A DNA stretch of 64,000 nucleotides from Polyangiales bacterium (GTDB lineage Bacteria; Myxococcota_A; Polyangia; Polyangiales; Ga0077539). Where the stretch lies: NCBI GenBank assembly GCA_044229975.1, contig JBGARZ010000001.1, positions 768,001 through 832,000 of the forward strand. Direction: 5' to 3'. The translations under genes were made by a program, and so were the position numbers. Positions 27,774 through 37,562 of this stretch are shown piece by piece (position 1 is the first letter of the stretch; each line of letters opens with the position of its first letter). The notes beneath the pieces are model-generated. The model did no database searches and had not been told where the DNA came from. It was given only the letters and a program-made list of their open reading frames with translations.

Positions 27774-28492
27774 TCGCGCTCTTCGCGCTGGTGATGGTGG
27801 CCATCGCGGTGGAGTCCGTGGTGGGCTTCGGCGCGACGGTGCTGACGCTCGCCGTGGGCGTGTGGCTCATGCCGGTGACGGAGCTGCTCCCGGCGTACAT
27901 CCCGGCCAACATGGTGCTGTCGGCGGCCATCGCGTGGAGCGATCGCAGGCTCATCGATCGGGCGCTCATCGGGCGGCGGGTGCTGCCGCTCGTGGGGGCG
28001 GGGCTGCTGGTGGGGCTGTGGCTGTATCGATACGCGGCGCGGCCGGAGTTACAGCGGGCCTTCGGGGTGATGGTGGTGCTCATCGGGCTCAACGAGCTGC
28101 GGCGGGTCCTATGGCCGCCGAAGGGGCCGGGCGCGGGCGCGGCGCTCGCCAACACGCTGCTGGTGACGGGCGGCGTGGCGCACGGGATCTTCGGCGTAGG
28201 CGGCGTTCTCATCGTGGCGGCGCTGGCGCGGGAGCGGCTGGAGAAGTCGACGCAGCGGGCGACGGCGGCGGCGCTGTGGCTGCTGATGAACGTCGCGATG
28301 CTGGCCAACTACGTGGTGCGCGGTGACCTCGGCGCGGCGTCGCTGCGGCGCACGGCGATGCTGCTGCCCGCGGTGGTGATCGGCGGCTGGGTCGGCAACG
28401 CGGTTCACCGGCGGGTGGCCGAGCGGCCCTTCCGGGTGGGCGTGGCGGTGGTGATGACGGTGGCGGGCGTGGCCGCGCTGCTCAAGCGATAA
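27770..28492 (+). CDS. TauE/SafE family sulfite-exporter-like membrane protein
   Basis: VVGFGATV and HGIFGVGG motifs; about 8 TM segments; GTGA overlap. Confidence 0.85.
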   Translation: MIALFALVMVAIAVESVVGFGATVLTLAVGVWLMPVTELLPAYIPANMVLSAAIAWSDRRLIDRALIGRRVLPLVGAGLLVGLWLYRYAARPELQRAFGVMVVLIGLNELRRVLWPPKGPGAGAALANTLLVTGGVAHGIFGVGGVLIVAALARERLEKSTQRATAAALWLLMNVAMLANYVVRGDLGAASLRRTAMLLPAVVIGGWVGNAVHRRVAERPFRVGVAVVMTVAGVAALLKR

Positions 28493-28506
28493 GCGGGTGA
28501 GATGGT

Positions 28507-29340
28507 ATGTCCGATGAACCATTGGTGATATTGGGTTGTGGCTTCACCGGGCTGGCGGCGGCGCGCAAGGCGTTGGCAGCAGGGCGCACGGTGCGGGCGA
28601 CGGTGCGGAGCGAGACGGGTGGGGAAGCGCTGCGGGCGCTGGGGATTGAAGCGTGGGTCGGCGAGAGGCTCACCGCGGAGGTGGTGGAAGCGCTCATCGG
28701 GGACGGCGCGACGGTGCTGGCGACCTTTCCACCGGACGGGGTGACCGATGAGGCGGTGGCTGCGGCGACGCGGCGAGCGCGGGCCGTCGCGTATGTGTCG
28801 AGCGCGGGCGTGTACGGAGAGCGTACGGGGCGCATCGATGAGGAGACGCCGACCGATGCGCGCGACGCGAAGGCGGAGGGGCGGTTGAGGGCAGAGACGA
28901 CGTGGCGTGACGCGGGTGCGACGGCCCTACGCGCGGCGGGCATCTACGGGCCGTGGCGGGGCCTGCACCGGAGGCTGTTGGAGGGGAGCTATCGGGTTCC
29001 GGGCGATGGGTCGCGGGTGGTGTCGCGGGTGCACGTGGAGGACCTCGCGGCGATGGCGCTGGGCTGCCTGGAGAAGGGGCTGCGCGGGGAGGTGTTCGTG
29101 GCAGCGGACGACGCGCCGGTGCCGCAGGGCGAGGTGGTGCGCGGGCTGTGCGGGTGGCTCGGGTTGGCGCTGCCGGCGTCGGTGGCGTTGGGCGACGCGC
29201 CGGAGACGCTACGGCACGACCGGACGGTGGTGAACACGCGGGTGAAGCGCGTGCTCGGGATGACGCTGACGTATCCGAGCTGGCGAGAAGGCTTCGCGCA
29301 GTGCCTCGCGGCGGAGGGCGTCGTGGTGAAGGCGGGGTGA
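28507..29340 (+). CDS. NAD-dependent epimerase/atypical SDR (YeeZ-like)
   Basis: ILGCGFTG, YVSSAGVYG, LRAAGIYGP, SRVHVEDLA, LTYPSWREG. Confidence 0.85.
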   Translation: MSDEPLVILGCGFTGLAAARKALAAGRTVRATVRSETGGEALRALGIEAWVGERLTAEVVEALIGDGATVLATFPPDGVTDEAVAAATRRARAVAYVSSAGVYGERTGRIDEETPTDARDAKAEGRLRAETTWRDAGATALRAAGIYGPWRGLHRRLLEGSYRVPGDGSRVVSRVHVEDLAAMALGCLEKGLRGEVFVAADDAPVPQGEVVRGLCGWLGLALPASVALGDAPETLRHDRTVVNTRVKRVLGMTLTYPSWREGFAQCLAAEGVVVKAG

Positions 29341-29343
29341 TCG

Positions 29344-30255
29344 CTACCGCTTGCGGCGCCGTGACGTCTCCTCGGCTCCCCTGGGCGCAGCGCCTCCCTC
29401 GACCTCATCGGCCGCGTCGACCCGCGCGCCTGGCGCCAACACAGCATGAAGCACCCGCACCGCGGGCGATCGACCCATCGCGGACAGCGCCGCGGCCAAC
29501 ACCCGCGCGTGGCGGGCGACCAGCGCCCCCACGTCGGACTGAGCCCGCTGCGTGTCGAGTTCGAAGGCCGTCCCGTCGTCGCGCAGCAGCTCCAGGCGCA
29601 GCTCGTCGTGGCCGCGGCCGAAGACCAGCACCGCCAGTCCGAAGGCCACCGCCGCGACGTTGACCGCGGCGCTCCATCCCGCCACGACGCCACCGATCGC
29701 TGCCAGCGTCATCATCCCGCCGAACCTGTACGGCCCGCGCGTGTCGCGCGTCGCGGCAGGCCACATCCGCACCCGGATGCCGCGCACCTCCGACAGCGGC
29801 AGCGCGTCGTCTTCGTCCGCTCCGACGCGATGGATGACGTCGCCGTCGAGGCGGTACCGCGCGCCCACGATGTCGGTCGGGCGGCCGTCACCGAGCGACG
29901 CCTGTCGGTAGTGGATCACCGCCGCAGGCCGCGGGGCGCGCTCGCGCAACGACCCGGCGCACGGGGCGCAGAGCGACGTCGCGCCGAGGAGCTCGGCGAA
30001 GGCAACGTCTCCCCAGTCGTCTCGACCACACCACGCGCAGGCCTTGGGAGGCAGCATCAGCGGAGTGGCCCTCGGCGGACCCTTTCCTTCGACCAGCAGC
30101 AGCGACACGGACTCGAAGTACGGGCTCACGGTTGCGGCCCCGCGCAGCGCGGCGTCGATGGCGGCGAGGCAGCGCGGGCACACGGCCGCGGCATCCCCTG
30201 GGGCGCGGTGATGATCGGACTGGGCGTCGAGGGCGGCGCAGAACGAGCAGCGCAT
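29344..30255 (-). CDS. Hypothetical membrane protein with two ClpX-type C4 zinc-finger-like motifs
   Basis: ATG 30255; CSFC...VCPRC and CAWC...LCAPC; two TM segments near the C-terminus. Confidence 0.65.
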   Translation of the reverse strand: MRCSFCAALDAQSDHHRAPGDAAAVCPRCLAAIDAALRGAATVSPYFESVSLLLVEGKGPPRATPLMLPPKACAWCGRDDWGDVAFAELLGATSLCAPCAGSLRERAPRPAAVIHYRQASLGDGRPTDIVGARYRLDGDVIHRVGADEDDALPLSEVRGIRVRMWPAATRDTRGPYRFGGMMTLAAIGGVVAGWSAAVNVAAVAFGLAVLVFGRGHDELRLELLRDDGTAFELDTQRAQSDVGALVARHARVLAAALSAMGRSPAVRVLHAVLAPGARVDAADEVEGGAAPRGAEETSRRRKR

Positions 30256-30411
30256 CGGTGTACGGAACCGTTGTGCCAGACAGGCGGCCTGATGGGCGAC
30301 GGTTACTTGCCCTCGCGGTGGGCTTTTGCTACCGCCGGGTTCGCGATCGTTGCTCGCCATGATTGCCCGGTCGGTCGGGTGCAGGGGCCGCGGCGGCGGT
30401 CGACGGATGTC

Positions 30412-30687
30412 ATGGCGAAGCAGATCCATTGTCTGGTGCGAGGTCGGGTGCAGGGCGTCTTCTTCCGCTCGTCGACGCAGCGAGAGGCCAAGCGCCTCGG
30501 GCTGACGGGCTGGGTGAAGAACCTCGCCGATGGCACCGTGGAGGTCGTCGCCGAGGGCGAGGACGAGGCGCTGAGGGAGCTACTGGGATGGTTGCAGCGA
30601 GGTCCGACGGCGGCGCGGGTCGAGCGCGTGGACTCCCGATGGCGCGGGTACCTGGGCGAATGGGGATCGTTCTCCATCATCGACTGA
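30412..30687 (+). CDS. acyP: Acylphosphatase
   Basis: ATG 30412; VRGRVQGVFFR...LGLTGWVKNLADGTVEVVAEG. Confidence 0.95.
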   Translation: MAKQIHCLVRGRVQGVFFRSSTQREAKRLGLTGWVKNLADGTVEVVAEGEDEALRELLGWLQRGPTAARVERVDSRWRGYLGEWGSFSIID

Positions 30688-32114
30688 CAGCCCTCGCGCT
30701 GACCGGGGCCCTCCTCGCGTGGGCTCCGTCCGTCCGCGCACAGCAGCCCGCGACGCCCGTTGCGACAGCGGCAGCCGTCGCCGATGAGTCCGTGGGGCGA
30801 ACCCCCGCCGAGCTCGACGCCATGCTCGGGCGACTCACCGATGGCAATGCGCGGGAGCGCCGCACCGCCGCCGACGAGATCATCCGCTCGCTGGAGCGCG
30901 AGGACATCCCGGTGATCCGGCAGCGCCTGCTCGCCCCGTGGCGCGTCGAGGTCGACCCGCTGCGATTGAAGATCGTCCGGCTCATTCGCGCTGCCACCGA
31001 CGGCCGCGAAAACGCCGAGTACGACCTGCTCACGCTCCTCATCAACGCCCCGCGGTCGGCCGACATCCAGGGCGCCGTCGAGCGGATCGTCTTGTGCCGC
31101 GCGCTCGGGACGATGCAGTCCGCCGACGCGGGCCGCGCCCTCGTCGCGCTCGCCCCGCAGTACGGCGCCATCTTCCGGCAGGAGATCGGGCGCGTGATCC
31201 GGGGACAGCTCCGCGACTACGCGCTGCCCGCGCTCATCGAGCTGCGCAACCCGTCGGAGATGATGCGGGTGTTCATGCGGCAGACGCGCGAGGCGCTGCG
31301 CAAGGTGACGCCGGGCGAGTCGGTGCAGCAGCACGACAACGCCCTGCTCGCGGAGATTCTCCGGGCGTACGGGTCGATCCGTCAGCCCGACGCGATGCAG
31401 GTGGCGGTGAGCTTCGTCAACAGCGACCGCGCGCAGGTGCGCGACGCCGCGCGGTGGGCCGTCACGCAGTACGGGCGCGAGTCCATCAACGCCCTGCGCT
31501 CGGCCTACGAGATGTACGAGGGCCACGACCCCAACCCGCAGTGGGGCTGGGAGCGCACGGCCACGGAGCTGTACCTCGCCAACGACCGGCGCCGCATGGC
31601 GGAGGTCACGCAGCGCCTCGACGCGGGCCTCGCCGCGGGCCGCGGTGGACGCCCGCAGGACATGCTCGGTCACTTCCGCTGGGTGCTCGCGCGACACCCC
31701 GACCTCGAACGTCGCGGCGAGATGGTGGCCCCGCTCATGGCCTACGCGCGCTCGCTGGAGTCCGAAGACGCGGCGCGGGCGCAAGCCGTGTGGCGGCTCG
31801 CGCTGTGGGTCGAGCCCGAGGGGACGCACGCGCGGGAGATTCGCGCGGCGGTGCTCTTCATCGAGGCCGAGCAGGCGATGGGGCGCGGCGTGGCCGACCC
31901 GGAGCTGTACGATGCCGTGCTGCGGGTCGATCCGAGCCACGCGCGGGCGCGGGCGCAGCGCTCGGTGGTGGCCCAGGACGAGGTGCTCCACTCGCGACGA
32001 CGACGCCGAACGCTGGGCGCGCTTGGGTTGCTGGGCGTCGCGATGGCCACGCTGTGGCTGCTGGTGCGCCGGCCCGTCCGGCGGTTGCCGAGGGTGAGCC
32101 CGGCGACGGGTTGA
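30660..32114 (+). CDS. Exported HEAT/TPR-like protein with C-terminal membrane anchor
   Basis: Likely ATG 30660 in ORF 30363..32114; signal ending VRA-QQ; VRDAARWAV; TM LGALGLLGVAMATLWLLV followed by RR. Confidence 0.75.
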   Translation: MGIVLHHRLTALALTGALLAWAPSVRAQQPATPVATAAAVADESVGRTPAELDAMLGRLTDGNARERRTAADEIIRSLEREDIPVIRQRLLAPWRVEVDPLRLKIVRLIRAATDGRENAEYDLLTLLINAPRSADIQGAVERIVLCRALGTMQSADAGRALVALAPQYGAIFRQEIGRVIRGQLRDYALPALIELRNPSEMMRVFMRQTREALRKVTPGESVQQHDNALLAEILRAYGSIRQPDAMQVAVSFVNSDRAQVRDAARWAVTQYGRESINALRSAYEMYEGHDPNPQWGWERTATELYLANDRRRMAEVTQRLDAGLAAGRGGRPQDMLGHFRWVLARHPDLERRGEMVAPLMAYARSLESEDAARAQAVWRLALWVEPEGTHAREIRAAVLFIEAEQAMGRGVADPELYDAVLRVDPSHARARAQRSVVAQDEVLHSRRRRRTLGALGLLGVAMATLWLLVRRPVRRLPRVSPATG

Positions 32115-32157
32115 GGTTTGCGTTGGGGCGGGGTGGTGGGCGAAGTTGCGGCCCACG

Positions 32158-32928
32158 ATGAGATGGCGCGCGGCCTTGGGGTTGTTGCTCGGGTGGACGC
32201 TCTCGGCCTGCGCGGACGACCCCGCGATCGAAGAGGGTCGGCGCGCGGTGGAGGCGCTCGCGTTGCAGGCCCAGGCGGTGGGCCTGGCGCAGGCCTTCGC
32301 GACGTCACTCGATGGCGTGACGGGCAACAACACCGCGGCGCAGCGAGCGGCGGCGCAGGCGCAGGCGACGTTTACGCCCGCGGGGTGTGCGCGGGTGCAG
32401 ATTCGCGACAACGAGCTGCGCGTGACGCTCACCGACTGCGTCGGGCCCTACGGCATGGTGGCGATGAACGGCACCCTCAACGCGACGATCACGGTGGCGA
32501 GCCCGTCGCAGGTCGACGTGGCGATGACGGGTGATGTTCGTACGCGGTGGTCGTCGTTTCAGCCGGCGATTCGCGCGAGCGTGACGGCGCTGACGGGCTC
32601 TTACTCGGTGCAGTACTCGGGGTCGGTGACGGGGGTCGGGTCGCTGGGTGGGACGTACACCGTGTCGGCCAACGGGGTGGGGAGCCTTGAGGCGGACTGC
32701 GTTCAGTTGAGCGGCAACGCGAGCGTGGGCGCTGGGGCGGAGGCGTGGACGGTGCTCATCGCCAGCTACGCGCGGTGCAACAACGGGTGCCCGCAGAGCG
32801 GAGGGAGCCTGCTGCTGACGCGGGCGTCGGGGATGCAGACGCGCATCCAGCTCAACGGCGGAAACGCGGTGACAGTGACCGCGGCGACGGGGCGCGAGGA
32901 GTCGTCGGAGGTGACCTGCGGGGGGTGA
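32158..32928 (+). CDS. Hypothetical beta-rich lipoprotein
   Basis: MRWRAALGLLLGWTLSAC lipobox; CVGPYG and CPQSGG motifs. Confidence 0.8.
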   Translation: MRWRAALGLLLGWTLSACADDPAIEEGRRAVEALALQAQAVGLAQAFATSLDGVTGNNTAAQRAAAQAQATFTPAGCARVQIRDNELRVTLTDCVGPYGMVAMNGTLNATITVASPSQVDVAMTGDVRTRWSSFQPAIRASVTALTGSYSVQYSGSVTGVGSLGGTYTVSANGVGSLEADCVQLSGNASVGAGAEAWTVLIASYARCNNGCPQSGGSLLLTRASGMQTRIQLNGGNAVTVTAATGREESSEVTCGG

Positions 32929-32968
32929 GCGGGGAGGGGTCTTCGCTTCTTCAGGAGCGCAAGCACAC

Positions 32969-33202
32969 TCACGCCGCGTCGCGCCGGATGGGCAGCTCCT
33001 CGCGTCGTGCCTGGCGTGCGGCGAAGTGCAGGCAGGCGGCGACGTCCTCACGTTCGAGGTAGGGATAGTCGGCCAGGATCTCGTCCGAACTCATGCCGTC
33101 GGCCAACAGTTCGAGAACGTCCGCGACGGTGATGCGAAGCCCGCGAATGGTGGGGCGTCCGCCGCAGAGGCCGGGGATGATCGTGATGCGAGAGTCAGGC
33201 AT
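32969..33202 (-). CDS. DUF433 protein (VapB45-like antitoxin family)
   Basis: RITIIPGLCGGRPTIRGLRITVADVLELLADGMSSDEILADYPYLEREDVAACL. Confidence 0.92.
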   Translation of the reverse strand: MPDSRITIIPGLCGGRPTIRGLRITVADVLELLADGMSSDEILADYPYLEREDVAACLHFAARQARREELPIRRDAA

Positions 33203-33296
33203 CGGTTCTTGAGCCTTCCGTCGAGGAGTCGAGCGCGAGCCGCAGCCTACACCATCGCCCTGACCACCGACGCCGTGACCTCGGGCACTTCCCGGG

Positions 33297-34112
33297 TCAC
33301 TCCTCCCGTCGCACCCGACCGCGCGGAACTTCCGCCCCCGCGAGCATCTCCGCCGCCGTCCTCGCGGGTGGCCCTGGTCGCAGTCTCACCATCCACGGCG
33401 CCACGAACCACTTCGCCACGTAGTGCGCGGGCATGGCCACGAGGTGCGCCGCCAGCAGCGCCAGCAGCGCCGCGCCCGGCGGCGGCGGGCCATCGCCCTT
33501 GAGCGTCTTCACCGTCACCCACGCTCCGACCAGTCCGAGCGCCACGGCCATCGCCGTCGCGAGCGCGAACTGCCCCCGGATGCGCGCATCGCGGAGCTCG
33601 GCCGCCCGCTGTCTCATCGCGAAGTGCACCCGCAGCTCCGTCGCTTCGACGACCGTCGCTCCCTCGCGCTCGACCTCCGCGACCCGCATGCGGTGACGCG
33701 CCGCCACGCCTCCGATCGTCCCGAGGTACGCGGCGCTGGTGAGGCGGTCGCGCGGGTGGTTGCGCGTGCCGGGCGCCATGTGGATCCATTGCCACCACGA
33801 GGGGCGCTGGAGGGTGCGGACGATGGTTCCGTCGGCGAACCATGTGGCGAACTCGGCGCGGCCGGTGCGCGCCTCCAGCTCGACGAGCACGCGAGCGTCG
33901 GCGGTGCGCCAGACGTCGGTGACGAGCTCGTGGCCGTTGAGACGCAGCACCGCGAGCGCGTAGCCCAGGTGCACGCAGCCGAGGATGTCGAGCGCGTCGA
34001 TCACCTCGGGCGGCGTGTCGGCGGCGCGGCGTGCGAGCGGGTCTTCGCTCGCGTCGAAGTAGTCGAAGGTCAGTGAGCCGGGCTCTCGTGCTGATGGGTC
34101 ACCGGTCGTCAA
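33297..34112 (-). CDS. Hypothetical membrane protein
   Basis: TTG 34112 overlaps the upstream TGA; two C-terminal TM segments. Confidence 0.65.
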   Translation of the reverse strand: MTTGDPSAREPGSLTFDYFDASEDPLARRAADTPPEVIDALDILGCVHLGYALAVLRLNGHELVTDVWRTADARVLVELEARTGRAEFATWFADGTIVRTLQRPSWWQWIHMAPGTRNHPRDRLTSAAYLGTIGGVAARHRMRVAEVEREGATVVEATELRVHFAMRQRAAELRDARIRGQFALATAMAVALGLVGAWVTVKTLKGDGPPPPGAALLALLAAHLVAMPAHYVAKWFVAPWMVRLRPGPPARTAAEMLAGAEVPRGRVRREE

Positions 34113-34783
34113 GGCGGAGACGCCGCCCCTGCGTCGGGTGACGGCGCGTCGGGCGCTGGCGTCGGCTCGGGAGCAACCGCCCACGGCGCGTTGCTCGGTG
34201 GCTGCGATGGTGGCTGCGCAGAAGGCGGCACCGCGGGCTCGGTGGACAACACGGCGCCAGTGCCTGCGAAGTGCGAGGCCCTGAACCCATCGGGCATCCC
34301 TTGCGGGAAGCGCAGATACGCTTGCAGCGCGCGGCAGTCCGCCGCGGAGATGTGGGGATTGCTGCCGGCGACCGACGAAGGGATGCCGACGCCGAGCCAC
34401 GCCGCGTGGGTGGCCGCGGCGAACCACCCATGCGAGATGGTCGACAGGGTGCCGAGCGCCGTCCAGAGGCCATACGCCCAGCCCATGCCCGGAAGCGCCA
34501 CGTCTACGGTCGCCACCTCGTCCCAGTCGACCGCAACGTACGGGTCGCGATCGCTGTCCGTGACGTTGAGCCGCACGTAGACGCGTCGCTCGTCGCACGC
34601 AATCGCCTCCCCGTGGTAGCGCATGTTCGACGCGTCGATCACCCGCACCTGCGCGCCGAAGGCCTCGTTGGGAGAGGCCACGGAGGCGGCGCTCCGAACG
34701 ACGTACCGCGCCCCAAGGCTCTGACCCGGCGCGCACCCGCCGAGCGCCGTCGCGATCAGTGCGAGGATGGCCGCGAGCCTCAC
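34109..34783 (-). CDS. Hypothetical lipoprotein
   Basis: GTG 34783 (GTGA overlap); ATALGGC lipobox; WTALGTLSTISHGW and YLRFPQGMP motifs. Confidence 0.75.
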   Translation of the reverse strand: MRLAAILALIATALGGCAPGQSLGARYVVRSAASVASPNEAFGAQVRVIDASNMRYHGEAIACDERRVYVRLNVTDSDRDPYVAVDWDEVATVDVALPGMGWAYGLWTALGTLSTISHGWFAAATHAAWLGVGIPSSVAGSNPHISAADCRALQAYLRFPQGMPDGFRASHFAGTGAVLSTEPAVPPSAQPPSQPPSNAPWAVAPEPTPAPDAPSPDAGAASPP

Positions 34784-36327
34784 GGAGCCCCCGGACGAGC
34801 GAAGCGGCTCGCGTTGAAGATCGCGTCCATCTCGGCCTCCTGCGAGCGGTACGGCGCCGCGAGCTCTCTCAGCGCCGAAGCCGGGTCGGCGAGCAGTCGA
34901 TGGGCGCGGGCGGGGCTCTCCTCGCGCAGCCATGGCGCGCGCATCCACTCGTAGTAGTAGCCGCGCGTGCGCAGAAGGTACGCCGCGTTGCCACGCGCCG
35001 GCGGAACCGCGAAGCGCAGCGTGAGCTCGTCCCCTGGCATCGTGACGAGGCGATCGCCCTCGCCACGCAGGCTGCGAGCATCAGCGCGAGCGTCCCTCCC
35101 CGGGCGGGCGACCACCTCCGCGGCGACCTCCGTCACCGGCAAGTCGCGCACCACGAGCGGCGCCGCGCGCAGCGAGTCGATGCGCCAGTGGGCGCGTGCG
35201 AACTCCAGGCGCACCTCGAAGGGCGCGTCGGGCGACGGCGGCGTGATGGGCACTGCTCTCGTCGCGGCGGCGTTGGGGCCGATGTACGGGAGCGTCGCGG
35301 CGAGGGCCCACGACCCGTCGGCGCGACGCACCGAGACGTCGACGCCGCCGAGGCGCTGCGCGAAGGCCGCGATGCTGCGACCCAGCGCCGGGTCGCCGCG
35401 TTCGGCGCTCGCGAGCAGCGCGCCGTAGCTCCGGCCGAGCCACGCGATGGCCTGATAGAACAGGTAGGTGCTCATCAGGCTGTTGCGCGCCCCGAGCACC
35501 AGCGCCCCTTCCCTCGCATGGAGCGCCGGGAAGCGCAGCACCACCGACGTACGGGTCGCGAGGTCGATGCCGTCGGAGCCGGGGTTCCACTCGCGGCCGT
35601 CGCGCTCGGCGAGCAACGGGCAGACCGCGGGCGCGTCGCAGTCCACGGCCGCGACCTCGTCGCCGACCGCGTGCATTGCCTCGCGCTCGAACTCACGGTA
35701 CGCGCAGCTCCCGGCGGGCGCGTCGACGGCGAGCAGCGACACCCGACGCGTGACGTGCGTCTCCAGCGCCTCGTTGCGCATCGCCAGCGTGACGGCGCCG
35801 TCGACGACGCGCGCGAGGGGCAGGTCGTCGAGGTCGTCGGCCTCGAAGGAGCGCGCGATGGAGGTCGAGAACCCTTCGGCCTGGAGCGCCTCGCGGCCCC
35901 CGTCGGTGACGTAGAAGGTCGGGCACGAGCCGAAGCACGCCTTGGGGTTGGCGGCGCACGCGACCGAGCCCGCGACCGAGGCCACCGTCGCGACGCTGAG
36001 GGCAGCGACCGAAGCTCCAGACGCCATGTTTTCGCCGGTCACCGAGCGCTCGACGAGGACGATGTCGTCGCGGCGTAGCGTGAAGATCCCTTCGGCCGTC
36101 TGCCGCCGCTCGGCGTCGAAGCGGGTGCCGGTGCCAGAGAAGGTGTCACCGTCCGACGACCAGTGCGTCGCGATGATGAGGTCGCCATCGCGCAGGTGCA
36201 GCCTCGTCGGCTCTTCGGAGCTCGCCGCGCCTTGCGGCGGCGGCCGCACCACGCGCAACGTCTGGCACGCCGCCCCGAGCAGCAGCACCACGGAGAGCGC
36301 CTTCGCGACCGACGACCGCACCGCCAT
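34780..36327 (-). CDS. Hypothetical lipoprotein
   Basis: LLGAAC lipobox; CAANPKACFGSCPTFY, NEALETH, RGYYYEWMR. Confidence 0.8.
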   Translation of the reverse strand: MAVRSSVAKALSVVLLLGAACQTLRVVRPPPQGAASSEEPTRLHLRDGDLIIATHWSSDGDTFSGTGTRFDAERRQTAEGIFTLRRDDIVLVERSVTGENMASGASVAALSVATVASVAGSVACAANPKACFGSCPTFYVTDGGREALQAEGFSTSIARSFEADDLDDLPLARVVDGAVTLAMRNEALETHVTRRVSLLAVDAPAGSCAYREFEREAMHAVGDEVAAVDCDAPAVCPLLAERDGREWNPGSDGIDLATRTSVVLRFPALHAREGALVLGARNSLMSTYLFYQAIAWLGRSYGALLASAERGDPALGRSIAAFAQRLGGVDVSVRRADGSWALAATLPYIGPNAAATRAVPITPPSPDAPFEVRLEFARAHWRIDSLRAAPLVVRDLPVTEVAAEVVARPGRDARADARSLRGEGDRLVTMPGDELTLRFAVPPARGNAAYLLRTRGYYYEWMRAPWLREESPARAHRLLADPASALRELAAPYRSQEAEMDAIFNASRFARPGAP

Positions 36328-36362
36328 CGGGCGACGGTATCACCGCCGGACGTCGGGCAGGG

Positions 36363-37562
36363 TCAGTGACCGTCCCGCTCGCGCACGCAGTCGCCCGGTC
36401 GCAGGCCCTCGGTCACCTGGATGCGCACCCCGTCGGAGAGACCCACGCGCACCTCGCGCTCGCGACCGCCGCCGCACGGCAGCGCCCACGCCTTGGCCCC
36501 CTCGAAGCGCAGCGCGCTCTCTTCGATCACCGGAACCCCGGTCGCCCGCGCGAGCTCGACCTCCGCCGACGCGCTGTACCCCGCGCGCACGGCGCCCGGC
36601 GGCTGCGCCACCGCGGCCCACAGCTCGAAGCGCGTCACCCCCGCGCTCGACGACGTGAGCGCCTGCACCGCCGTCGACGTGACGCCGTTGACCTGCTCGA
36701 TGATGGCGCGGGGGGAGATCCAGCGGAGCGTTCCGCGCAGTGGTTCGGCGGGCAGCGCGCCGACGCGAATCGCCACCGCCATCCCGAGCTGGAGCTGGCC
36801 CACGTACGCCTCCTCGATCTGCCCCTTGAAGAGCAGGTCGGTCATGTCGGCCACCACCGCCACCGTCGTCCCGTCGCGAAACCCGCTGGTCTCGCTCACG
36901 TAGTCGCCGAGGTTCACCGGCACCGCGAGCACCGTCCCGTCCACCGGCGAGAGCACCCGGTTCGACCGCAGCGCCGCCCCTCCCCCGCTGGTCCCGCGCG
37001 CGATGAGCTGCGCCCGACTGAGCGCCGCCGTGAGCTCGGCCCGGGCGACCGCTTCGTCGTCCGCCGCCTGGTCGAGCGACTGGCCCGCGATGAGATCGCG
37101 CGACGCCTGCCCTCGCGCCCGCGCCAGCTCCCGCGCGGCCCGCGTGTGGCGAACCCGCGCGAGCTGCACCTGCGCCTGCGCGTCGCCCAGCGCCACCGGA
37201 TCGGCCAGGATGCGAACCGTCGCCAGCAGGTCGCCCCGGTGCACCACGTCGCCCGGGTGCGCCGCGAGCTCCACCAGCATCCCCGACACCAGCGGCCGCA
37301 CGAACACCTCCTGCCGCGGAACGATGCGCCCCGTCGCCTGCGCCTTCACCACCACGTCGCCGAGGCGCACCCGCAGCCCCGTCGGCGGCGGCGCGACGTG
37401 CGCCCGCTTCCACGCGCGCACCCCGTACGCAGCGCCGCCCGCCAACACGGCCAGCGCCGCGAGCCGCGAGAGCCAGCGCCACGCCCCGCCGCGCGTCCGC
37501 GGGGCCGCCGCGAGCGCGTCGTCGTCGGTGTCGTGGATGGCATCGCCCGTGTCGGCCGTCAT
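36363..37562 (-). CDS. Periplasmic adaptor (MacA/HlyD-like membrane fusion protein)
   Basis: ATG 37562 overlaps the permease stop; N-terminal TM, ATGRIVP, VLSPVDGTVL, VRVGLSDG...EGLRPGD. Confidence 0.9.
   Translation of the reverse strand: MTADTGDAIHDTDDDALAAAPRTRGGAWRWLSRLAALAVLAGGAAYGVRAWKRAHVAPPPTGLRVRLGDVVVKAQATGRIVPRQEVFVRPLVSGMLVELAAHPGDVVHRGDLLATVRILADPVALGDAQAQVQLARVRHTRAARELARARGQASRDLIAGQSLDQAADDEAVARAELTAALSRAQLIARGTSGGGAALRSNRVLSPVDGTVLAVPVNLGDYVSETSGFRDGTTVAVVADMTDLLFKGQIEEAYVGQLQLGMAVAIRVGALPAEPLRGTLRWISPRAIIEQVNGVTSTAVQALTSSSAGVTRFELWAAVAQPPGAVRAGYSASAEVELARATGVPVIEESALRFEGAKAWALPCGGGREREVRVGLSDGVRIQVTEGLRPGDCVRERDGH

Noticed and set aside
32969..33202. Complete DUF433-DUF5615 toxin-antitoxin pair
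   Set aside because: Only 40 nt separate the DUF433 stop from the convergent gene, and no PIN-domain ORF is adjacent.
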